A stretch of 64,000 nt of DNA from Anaerolineales bacterium. Lineage in GTDB: Bacteria > Chloroflexota > Anaerolineae > Anaerolineales > UBA4823. Below the pieces are notes generated by a model. That model was not told the DNA's origin. It did not search any database and saw nothing but the letters and a program-made list of their open reading frames with translations. A program made the translations under genes and the position numbers. The stretch spans positions 3,171-67,170 of the forward strand of contig JBAPSY010000073.1 of the NCBI GenBank assembly GCA_049281855.1, given 5' to 3'. Shown here one piece after another: positions 8,844-18,606 of the stretch (the first letter of the stretch is position 1; each line of letters opens with the position of its first letter).

Positions 8844-9741
8844 CATGATGGTAAAAAAACAGCAAAAAACCACCACCAGCAAATTCGGGTCACCCGGACG
8901 TGCAAGTCACGATTCCGCACCCTTTTATGCAGGTCGTTTGTATCACGACCAGGCTCAGGAGCAGGTAGGTGATTTGGTGGAAAACCCCGTCCCAGTGGAA
9001 TGTCTGAACCGCATTTTTTGCAGCTCTGCCGAGAATATGACTGAGCTGCCTGATAACAGCATCCATTTGATAGTCACCTCCCCACCCTATAATGTTGGCA
9101 AGGATTATGATGCTGATCTGACTTTGCCTGAATATCTGGTATTCCTGGAAAGGGTTTGGGCAGAGGTATTCAGGTTGTTGGTGCCAGGTGGGCGGGCATG
9201 TGTAAATATTGCCAATCTTGGACGCAAGCCTTATATCCCTCTGGATGCATGGATCACACAGAGTATGCTCCGTTTGGGATATTTAATGCGTGGTGAAATC
9301 ATCTGGAATAAAGCTGCCAGCGCTGGCTCTTCAACTGCTTGGGGTAGCTGGAAGTCTGCCACCAACCCTACTTTGCGCGATGTGCATGAATATATCCTGG
9401 TCTTTTCGAAGGGTACTTTCAAACGTCAAAATGTGCAGCCAAGGGAAAGTACAATCTCAAAAGAGGAGTTCCTCGAATTCACTAAAAGTGTGTGGACCTT
9501 TCCAGCGGAGCCAGCCTCCAAGATAGGTCATCCGGCTCCATTCCCCGTTGAACTGCCTTATCGCCTGGTCCAGTTATATTCATTCAAGGATGAGGTTGTT
9601 CTGGACCCATTCATGGGCAGCGGGCAGACCGCCCTCGCAGCGCTTAAAACCGGCAGACATTATGTTGGTTATGAAATCAATCCGCAATATGCTGCCCTGG
9701 CTGAAGCGCGGATACAAGGATGCGGGGCCCAGACGAACTGA
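8836..9741 (+). CDS. DNA methyltransferase, beta-class N4/N6 type (motif IV SPPY precedes motif I)
   Basis: 301-aa ORF with IHLIVTSPPYNVGKDY (motif IV) near the N-terminus and VLDPFMGSGQTALAALKTGRHYVGYEI (AdoMet motif I) near the C-terminus. The start is uncertain (TTG at 8836, or ATG at 8845 or 8848). Confidence 0.85.
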   Translation: MNSMMVKKQQKTTTSKFGSPGRASHDSAPFYAGRLYHDQAQEQVGDLVENPVPVECLNRIFCSSAENMTELPDNSIHLIVTSPPYNVGKDYDADLTLPEYLVFLERVWAEVFRLLVPGGRACVNIANLGRKPYIPLDAWITQSMLRLGYLMRGEIIWNKAASAGSSTAWGSWKSATNPTLRDVHEYILVFSKGTFKRQNVQPRESTISKEEFLEFTKSVWTFPAEPASKIGHPAPFPVELPYRLVQLYSFKDEVVLDPFMGSGQTALAALKTGRHYVGYEINPQYAALAEARIQGCGAQTN

Positions 9742-9776
9742 TACCCAGCCCGATCCGTCATCTCGCACTCTCAGTT

Positions 9777-10358
9777 TCAGCTTGTTTTAAATTCGCTTTT
9801 CAACAAGCCGTAGATCAAAGACCCACTATACGTCCCATCCGGGTTACGTTTGTTTTCGCGCAGGTGCCCCTCCCGGATCATGTCACAGCGTTCTGCCACT
9901 CGTAAACTGCGCACATTCGTCTCGTCACATTCCAGACGCACCCGATGGGCATTTAGATCATTAAAAATGACCCCCAATGTAGCCCTGACTGCTTCGGTTA
10001 TGTACCCTTGTCCCTCATGGTCCACATCTGCAAAGTAGCCGATTTGAAATTCTGGCAGCTTCCAATCAACTGGTCCGACGTAGATTTGAGCTACGAACTC
10101 CCCCGTCATTTTATCGAAGGCGCCGATGAAGAAATAGTTACGCTCCATCCATGCGGTAGCTAGCTCACACACCAATTCCTCGGCCGCCTCTTCGCTGGCT
10201 ATGGTTGCGGCGATGTTATCTGATTCGTACCGTATGAGGTGCTCCCGGTTCCTCAAGCTCATGGCATAATACCATTTTCCATCCCCAGGGTGGTAACTTT
10301 GCATGGATAAACGTTCGCTCTCGAACGGAATGGGAAAATCAAAAAGCATTTTATTCAT
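9777..10358 (-). CDS. GNAT-family N-acetyltransferase (RimJ/RimL-like)
   Basis: 193-aa ORF. The pattern FEIGYFADVDHEGQGYITEAVRATLGVIFNDLNAHRVRLECDETNVRS matches the Acetyltransf_3/RimJ-like core. Confidence 0.8.
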   Translation of the reverse strand: MNKMLFDFPIPFESERLSMQSYHPGDGKWYYAMSLRNREHLIRYESDNIAATIASEEAAEELVCELATAWMERNYFFIGAFDKMTGEFVAQIYVGPVDWKLPEFQIGYFADVDHEGQGYITEAVRATLGVIFNDLNAHRVRLECDETNVRSLRVAERCDMIREGHLRENKRNPDGTYSGSLIYGLLKSEFKTS

Positions 10359-10575
10359 AGGGTATCCTTATAAATCGGCAGACGGTTTTCACGCTCACTG
10401 ATCGGAGCCTGGCCCGGAAGCACAAGGCAACAGAATATGGGTATTATATATACTTTATAATTCCCAGGAACCTAATTCATGAAGTAGGATTTCTTGCGTA
10501 TTATATGGTGATATCCTGAGATAGCGTCGGTTACTGGCCATATTTAACAGTGATGAGATACAATTCTTTTGGTCC

Positions 10576-11313
10576 ATGATGATAAAAAGGGAACAGTCGG
10601 TTTTGTGGCGATGGATTTTAGCACTGGTTATGGTGTTTATCCTTGTTGGAGCTTATTTTGCTTATCCATGGCTGCGTACGCGGGCGGGGCGAATGAGGCA
10701 GCTGCGCGAATGGCTATATAATCCATCCGCGCATACAGAATGGGCAATCCAGGCTGGCGAGCGTTGTGGGGATGTGCCATTTATCTTTCCTACCAGCGGT
10801 TATGTTGGTTTCATCTGGGGGGATTCGTTCCGCCCAGGAAACCAGCATCAAGGGATCGATATCTTCGGTGGAGCCGAGCCTGGTAAAACGCCGGTGCTGG
10901 CGGCATATGGAGGATATCTCTCCCGGTTACCGGGATGGAAATCGACGATCATCATCCGCATTCCCGCGGATCCGCTCAACCCCAGCCGCCAAATTTGGAC
11001 TTATTACACGCACATGGCAGATGAAAACGGTACCTCATACGTTTCACCAGAATTCCCGCCCGGTACAAGCGAAGTATTCGTAAAGACAGCCACATTCCTG
11101 GGGTATCAGGGGGATTTTTCTGGTGACCCGAATAACCCGGTGGGGGTTCATTTACACTTTTCGATTGTCCTGGATGATGGTCAGGGAAGCTTCCGCAACG
11201 AGCTGAAGATCGAGAACACGCTGGACCCGACACCCTACCTGGGTCTCTCGTTAAACGCTGACCAAATTCCGAACGGGGTTGTAACCTGTGTGTCTCAAGA
11301 TTCTACTCAATAA
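10576..11313 (+). CDS. M23-family metallopeptidase, membrane-anchored
   Basis: N-terminal TM helix plus HQGIDIF (HxxxD) and GVHLHFSI (HxH) zinc-ligand motifs. Confidence 0.8.
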   Translation: MMIKREQSVLWRWILALVMVFILVGAYFAYPWLRTRAGRMRQLREWLYNPSAHTEWAIQAGERCGDVPFIFPTSGYVGFIWGDSFRPGNQHQGIDIFGGAEPGKTPVLAAYGGYLSRLPGWKSTIIIRIPADPLNPSRQIWTYYTHMADENGTSYVSPEFPPGTSEVFVKTATFLGYQGDFSGDPNNPVGVHLHFSIVLDDGQGSFRNELKIENTLDPTPYLGLSLNADQIPNGVVTCVSQDSTQ

Positions 11314-11370
11314 CCATGGATAGATAATCTGCGTGATGAATGATCAAATCTGGAGTTTGGGAAATAGGCT

Positions 11371-12117
11371 ATGGATGAATTTGTTGACAAAGTGGCATTA
11401 ATCACCGGGGCTGGTCGAGGTGTAGGGCGAGAGATTGCCTTGGCATTTTCCTCCCTGGGTGCGGTTGTGGCTGTCAATGATATTAACCCCATTAATTTGG
11501 ATAATACTGTCAGTGAAATCCTCGAAACAGGTGGAAATGCCAGAGCATATGTATTCGATATCGCCAAGCGCATGCCGATTGAAGCCATGGTGGCGCAGGT
11601 GTTGGAGCATTTCGGGCGCATTGATTTTCTGGTTAATCATGCCTCGGTGAAGCCTGATGCATACCTCTTGAAGATGGATGAGTGGGAATTTCATCGCACA
11701 TTGGATGTAAACCTGGGTGGTCCATTTTTCGCCATGCAGCAGGTTGGGCGCTTTATGCAGCAGCAGGGCGGTGGTGCAATCGTCAATCTTATCTCTAGTG
11801 TCGGGCAGGGACATATTCAGAAGGGTCATGCTGCTCTTTTGGCCAGTCAGGCTGGTCTGATTGGATTAACCTATGCGGCCGCGCAAGAGTTCTCACCATA
11901 CAATATTCGCGTCAATTCCGTCTGCCATGGCTCGTTTGAAATGGATCAGTTGGTATCGCGGAGCTGGGATGTAGTGAAACTTCATCGTTGGCTGGAATCA
12001 TTTCCTCAGGTACGGTTAGGTGACCATCCAGACCTGGTCAGCCTGGTGCTGTTCTTGTGCTCACAAGCCGCTTCCTCCCTGACTGGGCAGGTCATGTCTG
12101 TCGACACCGAAGTATAA
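11371..12117 (+). CDS. Short-chain dehydrogenase/reductase (FabG-like)
   Basis: TGAGRGVGREIA (Rossmann TGxxxGxG), NHAS, and the overall 248-aa SDR layout. Confidence 0.88.
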   Translation: MDEFVDKVALITGAGRGVGREIALAFSSLGAVVAVNDINPINLDNTVSEILETGGNARAYVFDIAKRMPIEAMVAQVLEHFGRIDFLVNHASVKPDAYLLKMDEWEFHRTLDVNLGGPFFAMQQVGRFMQQQGGGAIVNLISSVGQGHIQKGHAALLASQAGLIGLTYAAAQEFSPYNIRVNSVCHGSFEMDQLVSRSWDVVKLHRWLESFPQVRLGDHPDLVSLVLFLCSQAASSLTGQVMSVDTEV

Positions 12118-12147
12118 CGATCAATGATCGGGGAGAGGTAGTGACCT

Positions 12148-12624
12148 ATGGAAGAAGTAGATGCTTATCGTCAGGGTTTGTTATCCGCTTTGGAGGGTGT
12201 GGTGAATGAGCTATCTGAAACAGTAGCCGCCATACCCTCCAGCAAATGGCATCTGACATTCGGGTTGGATTCACACACCCCCCATTACACCTTGGCTCAC
12301 CTGCGCGAGCTTGAAGCCCAGGTATTCACGATCCAATTGCGACGTATCCTGGATGAAGACATTCCAATGCTGCCTGTTTTCGATGGTGAAGCCTGGATGG
12401 AAAGGCATTACAAGCCAGAAGAGCCAGTTTTGTGTATCGTGCAAGATTTCACGACCTTGCGCAAGCAGGAGCTTAATTGGTTGGGCGATTTACCCCCTGC
12501 GGACTGGAGCTGTACTGCCAGACATCCATCGCGGGGGATGCACACGCTGCAATGGTGGGTAGAGCTGCAGCTGGATTATTCTTATCAACATCTGAGCGAG
12601 TTATCATCCTTACTTGACACGTGA
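12148..12624 (+). CDS. DinB-superfamily protein
   Basis: 158-aa helical ORF with DinB-like features (HTPHYTLAHLRELE...YQHLSEL). The assignment is moderate. Confidence 0.55.
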   Translation: MEEVDAYRQGLLSALEGVVNELSETVAAIPSSKWHLTFGLDSHTPHYTLAHLRELEAQVFTIQLRRILDEDIPMLPVFDGEAWMERHYKPEEPVLCIVQDFTTLRKQELNWLGDLPPADWSCTARHPSRGMHTLQWWVELQLDYSYQHLSELSSLLDT

Positions 12625-12703
12625 CTCTCCATATTGACGTATAATTTTAATAATCTGGAATCAATCACAATTTCCATCCCATCCTCTTGACCTGCGAGGG
12701 GCT

Positions 12704-13483
12704 ATGTCCACTACTTATGAAACCATTCTGATCGAAACCCGTGAACGCGTTGGGCTTGTGCGTATCAACCGACCCAAGATGCGGAATGCGCTCAACAGCA
12801 CCGTTCTGCATGAGTTAGCCGAAGCATTGGAAACCTTTGATAATGACCCAGGAGTAGGCGCGATAGTCGTCACCGGTGATGACCAGGCATTTGCCGCGGG
12901 TGCGGATATTAAAGAAATGGCAGATGCAACCGCTGTGCATATGCTTACCCGTAGTCATATCCCCCAATTTGATCGTTTGCGAGGCATTCATAAACCGATC
13001 ATCGCAGCGGTATCGGGTTGGTGCCTAGGGGGAGGTAACGAGCTGGCGATGGCTTGTGACATGATCGTTGCCTCAGAAACCGCGCGCTTTGGACAACCAG
13101 AGATCAACATTGGAGTAATCCCCGGTGCAGGGGGCACACAGCGCCTGACCCGTGCGGTTGGAAAAGCCCTGGCCATGGAAATGGTGCTCAACAACCGTAC
13201 ATTGACCGCTGAAGAAGCGAGGAATTTTGGCCTGGTCAACCGGGTTGTGCCAATCGAGCGCTACCTGGATGAGGCTCTGCAGCTGGCTGATGAGATTGCA
13301 GCCCGCGCCCCATTGGCTGTGCGTCTTGGTAAAGAAGCTGTCAACCATGCTTTCGAATCCTTTTTAAGTGATGGACTGGCAGATGAGCGCAGGGCTTTCT
13401 ATTTGCTTTTTGCCTCACAAGACCAGAAAGAAGGAATGAAAGCATTTGTGGAAAAGCGCAAGCCAGCCTGGAAGGGAGAATAA
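12704..13483 (+). CDS. Enoyl-CoA hydratase (short-chain crotonase)
   Basis: 259-aa ORF with canonical crotonase blocks (NRPKMRNALN, FAAGADIKEM, GGGNELAMACDMIVASETARFGQPEINIGVIPGAGGTQRL, EGMKAFVEKRKP). Confidence 0.9.
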   Translation: MSTTYETILIETRERVGLVRINRPKMRNALNSTVLHELAEALETFDNDPGVGAIVVTGDDQAFAAGADIKEMADATAVHMLTRSHIPQFDRLRGIHKPIIAAVSGWCLGGGNELAMACDMIVASETARFGQPEINIGVIPGAGGTQRLTRAVGKALAMEMVLNNRTLTAEEARNFGLVNRVVPIERYLDEALQLADEIAARAPLAVRLGKEAVNHAFESFLSDGLADERRAFYLLFASQDQKEGMKAFVEKRKPAWKGE

Positions 13484-13489
13484 CCAATC

Positions 13490-14287
13490 GTGTTGACATT
13501 TCGCGATTTCATTACCGGGTTTCGAAAGCTGGATATTGACCACGTCCGACCAGTGATTGTGCATGCTTCACTCTCAGCGTTTGGAGAAATCCATGGTGGT
13601 GCTGAAACTGTGTTGGGTGCACTCAGCTCATCCTTCGATACCCTCATCATGCCAGTCTTCACGTATAAAACGATGATTACCCCAGAAGTGGGCGTTCCTG
13701 ACAATGCCATAACATATGGTAGTGGGAAAGATTCCAACCGGATGGCTGAAATTTTCCGTCCTGAAATGCCGGCAGATACGATGATGGGGGTGCTGGCTGA
13801 GTCATTACGTGCCCATCCCAAAGCGCTTCGCTCGACACACCCGATCCTTTCCTTTTCGGGCATCAATGCAAAACAAATCCTGGATTCCCAAAACATCAAA
13901 GAACCACTCCTCCCCATTCAAACACTCATTGATCATGAAGGATGGGTACTGCTCATGGGTGTGGATCAGACCGTCAATACTAGCATCCATTACGGCGAAC
14001 AGATTGCGGGGCGAAAACAGTTCATCCGCTGGGCAATGACTCCAAAAGGGGTCATCCCTTGCCAGAAGTTTCCTGGTTGTTCAGATGGCTTCGAAGATAT
14101 TAGCCCCCAACTGGAGGAAATTATCCACAGTGTCAGGTTGGGAGAGGCGGTAATTCAGGCGATCCCTGTGGTTAATTTGGTGGATACCGTTAGTGGATTG
14201 CTAAAAGAAAATCCTTTAGCCTTATTATGTGGACGTGAGGATTGCGAACGCTGTAACGCTGTCAGGAATTCTGTAGTTCAGCAATAA
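13490..14287 (+). CDS. AAC(3)-family (aminoglycoside 3-N-acetyltransferase-like) protein
   Basis: 265-aa ORF. The pattern VIVHASLSAFG...TH..LSF...H..E is reminiscent of the Antibiotic_NAT/AAC(3) fold. GTG start. Confidence 0.65.
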   Translation: MLTFRDFITGFRKLDIDHVRPVIVHASLSAFGEIHGGAETVLGALSSSFDTLIMPVFTYKTMITPEVGVPDNAITYGSGKDSNRMAEIFRPEMPADTMMGVLAESLRAHPKALRSTHPILSFSGINAKQILDSQNIKEPLLPIQTLIDHEGWVLLMGVDQTVNTSIHYGEQIAGRKQFIRWAMTPKGVIPCQKFPGCSDGFEDISPQLEEIIHSVRLGEAVIQAIPVVNLVDTVSGLLKENPLALLCGREDCERCNAVRNSVVQQ

Positions 14288-14336
14288 ATGCTCAGCCTAA
14301 ATTGATGGGTTATTGCAGTTAATTTTCATCTCTACC

Positions 14337-15269
14337 CTATGCAGCAACAGAACCAATAGCCCAAAAGGCATAGATGACCGCGTTCTGGCAAAAGTGGATG
14401 AACCAGGGTACAACGATTCCCTTTGACCCAAGCATGCACTTGGCAAATAACGCTCCCAGCAATCCTGCAATCAAAACTCCAGGTATTCCGGCGGGAGCGC
14501 CTCCAAAATAATGCGCAAACCCAAAAAAGGTCGCAGTTAACCAAATGGCTTGATCTGGTCCTATGGCTTTTTGGAGATCTCCCAACAGTGAAGCTCTGAA
14601 CTGCACCTCTTCGGCGAAGGCATTGGTAGCTGCAAAAAGGAGTGCTGCCGGAAAATATGGCAGTGCCTTGATTAAGATATTGGATGTTGGCAAGTCTCCT
14701 ATTCCAAAAAAGAGCAGCGTGAGAGGCATAATGCATAGCCCCAGGATCAGTCCTGAGGTTCCCCATGAAATGGAACGCTTACTGGGGTTTCCCTCAGGCT
14801 TCATAGGTCTGATGGGTGCATTGAGATGACCCCGTGTAAGGAAGAAATCCTTCCATCGCCTTCCAATCAACAGCAAAACCACGATCATAATAAGTACAAC
14901 TGCCAACTTTAACAGTTGATAGCCCGCCATGGCAATTACCCAATTGACGTTATTTTCCCACTGGCTATAAGCGCTAGTCCCTCGCAGCCAGTTCGTGCCC
15001 CATAGCGCCAGCATCAGCACAAGCAGCAGGAAGAAATACGGACATACAATCTTGATCGGCTTCCAGACCACGCTGATCAAGATCAGAACCCCCAAAAAAC
15101 CAATCTTCACCCAGAAAAGCCAGGCCGGTGGTTCGCCGAGTATTGCCTGCCAGATGGCATTGGGCAGGTCGGAGACCAGCAGGACCACTGCCCAGGTGAA
15201 GAGACTCAACCATAAGGTCTTGGATTTGAGAGCAGCATGTGGGGTATCCATTTGTTCATTCTCCATCAA
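14337..15269 (-). CDS. CPBP-family (CAAX) intramembrane glutamic endopeptidase
   Basis: 310-aa polytopic ORF with the EEVQFR and FGFAHY motifs of the CPBP/Abi family. Confidence 0.8.
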   Translation of the reverse strand: MMENEQMDTPHAALKSKTLWLSLFTWAVVLLVSDLPNAIWQAILGEPPAWLFWVKIGFLGVLILISVVWKPIKIVCPYFFLLLVLMLALWGTNWLRGTSAYSQWENNVNWVIAMAGYQLLKLAVVLIMIVVLLLIGRRWKDFFLTRGHLNAPIRPMKPEGNPSKRSISWGTSGLILGLCIMPLTLLFFGIGDLPTSNILIKALPYFPAALLFAATNAFAEEVQFRASLLGDLQKAIGPDQAIWLTATFFGFAHYFGGAPAGIPGVLIAGLLGALFAKCMLGSKGIVVPWFIHFCQNAVIYAFWAIGSVAA

Positions 15270-15397
15270 TGTGTTTTAGGCTAATTCTTGTAGAAGAGGG
15301 CGAGATTAAAATTATATAATGGTTCGTTTGCAAGTGTTATTTTTTGGTTATCTATTAAGGCTAATACATCCATCAATGTTGTTTTTCACAGATGTGA

Positions 15398-15426
15398 TTG
15401 ACTGTCATCCGTTCCCTTGTTATACT
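15398..15426 (+). promoter_or_regulatory. Sigma-70-type promoter (TTGACT-17 nt-TATACT) upstream of the patatin gene
   Basis: Read directly from the sequence. The -35 box is at 15398-15403, the -10 box is at 15421-15426, and the spacer is 17 nt. Confidence 0.5.
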
Positions 15427-15498
15427 GTCATGGGGATTATAACCATCCTGGGATTGAAATTACCCTATTAAGATTAAAGCAAGTGATTATTGGGCGTT

Positions 15499-16365
15499 AT
15501 GGATAAAAAACTGGCATTTGCTCTAAGTGGTGGTGGCTCGCGCGGGGCTTTGCAGGTGGGGGCTTTATATGCATTGTTGGAGCGCGGGCTCCAACCCGAC
15601 CTTCTCTTGGGCGCATCCATCGGAGCCGTGAATGCTGCCTTTCTGGCCTTGAATGGATTCTCAAAGAACAGTCTGGATCGGCTTGCGGCTGCCTGGCGAA
15701 AGGCTGATACCTCCGATCTACTCCCGGCAAATTACTTATGGCTGACAGTACGCGCCATGTTTGGTCGTTCATCCAGAGATCCGTCCCGTCGCCTGAAGGA
15801 TTATTTTATTGCTAGTGGCTTAACCCCTGAATTGTGTTTTGCGGATATTGAGCACACACAGCTCATCATTGTCTCCTCAGATTTGAACACAGGGAAACCG
15901 ATTTTACATGGGATGCTGCCAGATGACAAAGTCTTGGATGCATTATTACTTTCCACCGCATTGCCACCCTGGTTCATGCCAGTGCGTAGACAAGAGCGGT
16001 ATCTTATGGATGGAGCGGTGGTGAGTAATTTGCCAGTTGAGCCAGCGTTGAAGTTAGGTGCGACTGAAGTAGTAGCGCTCGATTTGACCAACTCGCGTGA
16101 GATGCTTGGCGAAGGAGATGGATTCAGGGGATTTCTGGACCGCTTGATCTTTTCTGTAGGGAAACGCCAATTGGATCTCGAACTAGAACTGGCAGAAGCG
16201 CGCGGAATACCGATCCTCTACCTGGATCTAACGGGGAAATCAGCCATCCCGATATGGGATTTTCAGCATACCGATGATTTAATCACCCAGGGGTATGAAA
16301 TTGCCCAGCAAGTGATTGAAAGTCAGCGGCTTACCCATCCCATACTCGCAATTCGGGACAAATGA
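15499..16365 (+). CDS. Patatin-like phospholipase
   Basis: GGGSRGALQVG (oxyanion hole), GASIGA (GxSxG nucleophile) and DGAVVSNLP (catalytic Asp). ATG at 15499; the track ORF starts at the TTG at 15490. Confidence 0.85.
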   Translation: MDKKLAFALSGGGSRGALQVGALYALLERGLQPDLLLGASIGAVNAAFLALNGFSKNSLDRLAAAWRKADTSDLLPANYLWLTVRAMFGRSSRDPSRRLKDYFIASGLTPELCFADIEHTQLIIVSSDLNTGKPILHGMLPDDKVLDALLLSTALPPWFMPVRRQERYLMDGAVVSNLPVEPALKLGATEVVALDLTNSREMLGEGDGFRGFLDRLIFSVGKRQLDLELELAEARGIPILYLDLTGKSAIPIWDFQHTDDLITQGYEIAQQVIESQRLTHPILAIRDK

Positions 16366-16518
16366 TTGCTAGTGCATCTGTTGGTGGAATAAATTTAAAA
16401 TTTCCTTCAGCTATTAATAAGTGTGCCTTGAGCAGGTTCCGTTATATAATACCGAAATACCAACCACCATATCCGTTTCCCAAGTGAGAAATTCTTTTTA
16501 TCAAAGGAGGCTTTCCTA

Positions 16519-17817
16519 ATGCCTAGTCCTCGTTTGAAGTCTTTTAATTACGCCATTGGCATGTTTGGCACATCCATCCCGATCAATATGCTTAAAACAT
16601 ACGCGGCTATTTACTACGTGGACAGTTTGGGGATGACGACTATACAGTTTTCTCTCATGCTGTTGATCTATACCTTCATCGATGCCCTGGATAATCCCGT
16701 GTATGGCTTTCTCTCTGATCGGACGCGCTCGCGTTGGGGGCGCAGACGCCCCTGGCTGGTGATTGGTACCCCATTATTGGTTCTGGGTTTCATTGCCTTT
16801 TATAGTCCACCTGCTTTACTATCGGGCAATTCCCTGGTTGTCTACTGTATGCTCTTTTATATGCTCACTGGAACACTGGATTCGGTCATCAATGCTAATT
16901 ACGCTGCCCTTTTCCCAGAGCTTTTCCGTGATGACACGAAACGGGCGAATGTAAACGCTCTTCGGCAAGCCTTTCAGCTGGTCGCCATGATCATCAGCAT
17001 AGCCCTGACGCCCATGGTAACCAAAGCCCTTGGGTACAGTCTTACCTCGCTCCTGTACGGTCTGCTTGGTGGTGGGGTTATCCTGTACATGACCTTTACC
17101 AGTAAGGAAACGAAGGTCCAAACAGATGAAGAGAAACCCCAACTCTGGGACAGCATCAAGAGTCTGATCACCAACCAGAAGTTCTGGGTGGCTGGATTTG
17201 CCAATGCCTTTTATAGTGCTGCCATGGCTCTCGTCCTCGCCTCCATGCCCTTCTTTGTCAAGTATGCCTTGAAACTCTCAGAAAGTCAGACAACATTCCT
17301 TTTTGCAGCGGTCTTGTTCATCGCCATCGGTTGTGTCGCGGTTTGGGCGAGTTGGGTCAGGAAGTACTCGTTGATGCCGGTGTGGAGAGTCGCGTTGATC
17401 ACGCTGGCAGTGGCCTTTATTCCCCTCTATTTTGCTAATTCACTGATCAGCGGCATCATTTGTAGCGCTTTGGTTGGTTTTGGCTTTGCCGGAGTGATCA
17501 CAACCATGGATTTGATCGGTGCGAAGATCATGGACGAGGACACCCAAAAGCACAACTTGCGACGGGAAGGGATCATCTCGAATGCGCTGGGATTCATGAA
17601 CCGTCTGAGTGGTTTATTCACCAGCTTGGGTTTTTATCTGGTTTTCATTCTATATAAATATGAGAGTGGTTCAAACCCTGGGCCTCAACCCGATCAAGCA
17701 GCCCGGTTCTTGCTGACCATATTTCCCCCTATTTTAATGGTCATCAGCTTCGCCTTCTCATTTTTTATCAACTTCGAAAAGACCGAATATACCCCAGCTG
17801 TAGCCGAAATTGAATAG
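16519..17817 (+). CDS. GPH-family (glycoside-pentoside-hexuronide:cation) MFS symporter
   Basis: 432-aa 12-TM ORF with the GPH signature FLSDRTRSRWGRRRPW. Confidence 0.85.
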   Translation: MPSPRLKSFNYAIGMFGTSIPINMLKTYAAIYYVDSLGMTTIQFSLMLLIYTFIDALDNPVYGFLSDRTRSRWGRRRPWLVIGTPLLVLGFIAFYSPPALLSGNSLVVYCMLFYMLTGTLDSVINANYAALFPELFRDDTKRANVNALRQAFQLVAMIISIALTPMVTKALGYSLTSLLYGLLGGGVILYMTFTSKETKVQTDEEKPQLWDSIKSLITNQKFWVAGFANAFYSAAMALVLASMPFFVKYALKLSESQTTFLFAAVLFIAIGCVAVWASWVRKYSLMPVWRVALITLAVAFIPLYFANSLISGIICSALVGFGFAGVITTMDLIGAKIMDEDTQKHNLRREGIISNALGFMNRLSGLFTSLGFYLVFILYKYESGSNPGPQPDQAARFLLTIFPPILMVISFAFSFFINFEKTEYTPAVAEIE

Positions 17818-17832
17818 GCAGGAAAGGTCATC

Positions 17833-18600
17833 ATGGCACTATTACGGATCGATCATGTACCCGAGACTGTAAAAGTCAATCTGCCTCTGAATATCATCCT
17901 TCCCGACCCAGGGAAAATGGGAGGAGTAGCCGTTGCCAGGCGCAAAGTACTCTACCTTCTGCATGGGCTTAGCGACGATGCCAGTGCCTGGCAGCGTTAC
18001 ACAGCCATAGAATCAATTGCTGCACTATATGGTTTGGTGGTCATCATGCCATCGGCAGGTCGCAGCTTTTATACTGACCAACCTAATGGGCAGAATTATT
18101 TTTCCTACTTGACGGAAGAGCTACCGCGTTATCTCAAGCAGGTCTTTGGACTTTCTCCTTGCCGCGCAGATACACTCATCGCCGGCAATTCCATGGGAGG
18201 GTATGGTGCTTTCAAGGCAGCTTTCCTGCACCCTGAATTATATTCAGCTGCTGCCAGCTTTTCGGGAGTGCTATCTCTTGCATTCATCACGGCTTATCCC
18301 AATGATCCGCGCCGGGGTGAATTTGAATATCTGTTTGGAGACCTGGACAAAATGGCAGGTAGTCAGCATGACCCGGCTGTCTGGCTGAAGCGTTCAGCCC
18401 AAAATCCATCCAGCTTGCCCAATCTATTCATGGCTTGCGGGCGCCAGGACGACCTTTACCCACTAAACAACCAATTTTATGCAGCCTGCGAATCACTGGG
18501 AATTCATGTTGATTATTATGAGGAGGATGGATTCCATGATTGGTTCTTTTGGAATGCGCAAATTCAACGCTTCCTGGCAGCCAATTTGAGGCCAATATAA
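17833..18600 (+). CDS. Alpha/beta-hydrolase esterase (esterase D / putative-esterase family)
   Basis: LHGLSDDASAW and GNSMGGYGA (GxSxG). 255 aa, starting 15 nt after the transporter gene. Confidence 0.8.
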   Translation: MALLRIDHVPETVKVNLPLNIILPDPGKMGGVAVARRKVLYLLHGLSDDASAWQRYTAIESIAALYGLVVIMPSAGRSFYTDQPNGQNYFSYLTEELPRYLKQVFGLSPCRADTLIAGNSMGGYGAFKAAFLHPELYSAAASFSGVLSLAFITAYPNDPRRGEFEYLFGDLDKMAGSQHDPAVWLKRSAQNPSSLPNLFMACGRQDDLYPLNNQFYAACESLGIHVDYYEEDGFHDWFFWNAQIQRFLAANLRPI

Positions 18601-18606
18601 ACTACT

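Noticed and set aside
8836-10358. Methyltransferase plus neighbour as a restriction-modification or toxin system
   Set aside because: The only adjacent unassigned partner is a clear RimJ-like GNAT on the opposite strand. No nuclease, helicase or specificity-subunit motifs are seen.
15490-16365. Patatin-like phospholipase as an effector of a CBASS or other anti-phage system
   Set aside because: No cyclase, nucleotidyltransferase, sensor or other defence-type gene is adjacent. The neighbours are a CPBP protease and a sugar transporter cluster, and the gene has its own promoter.
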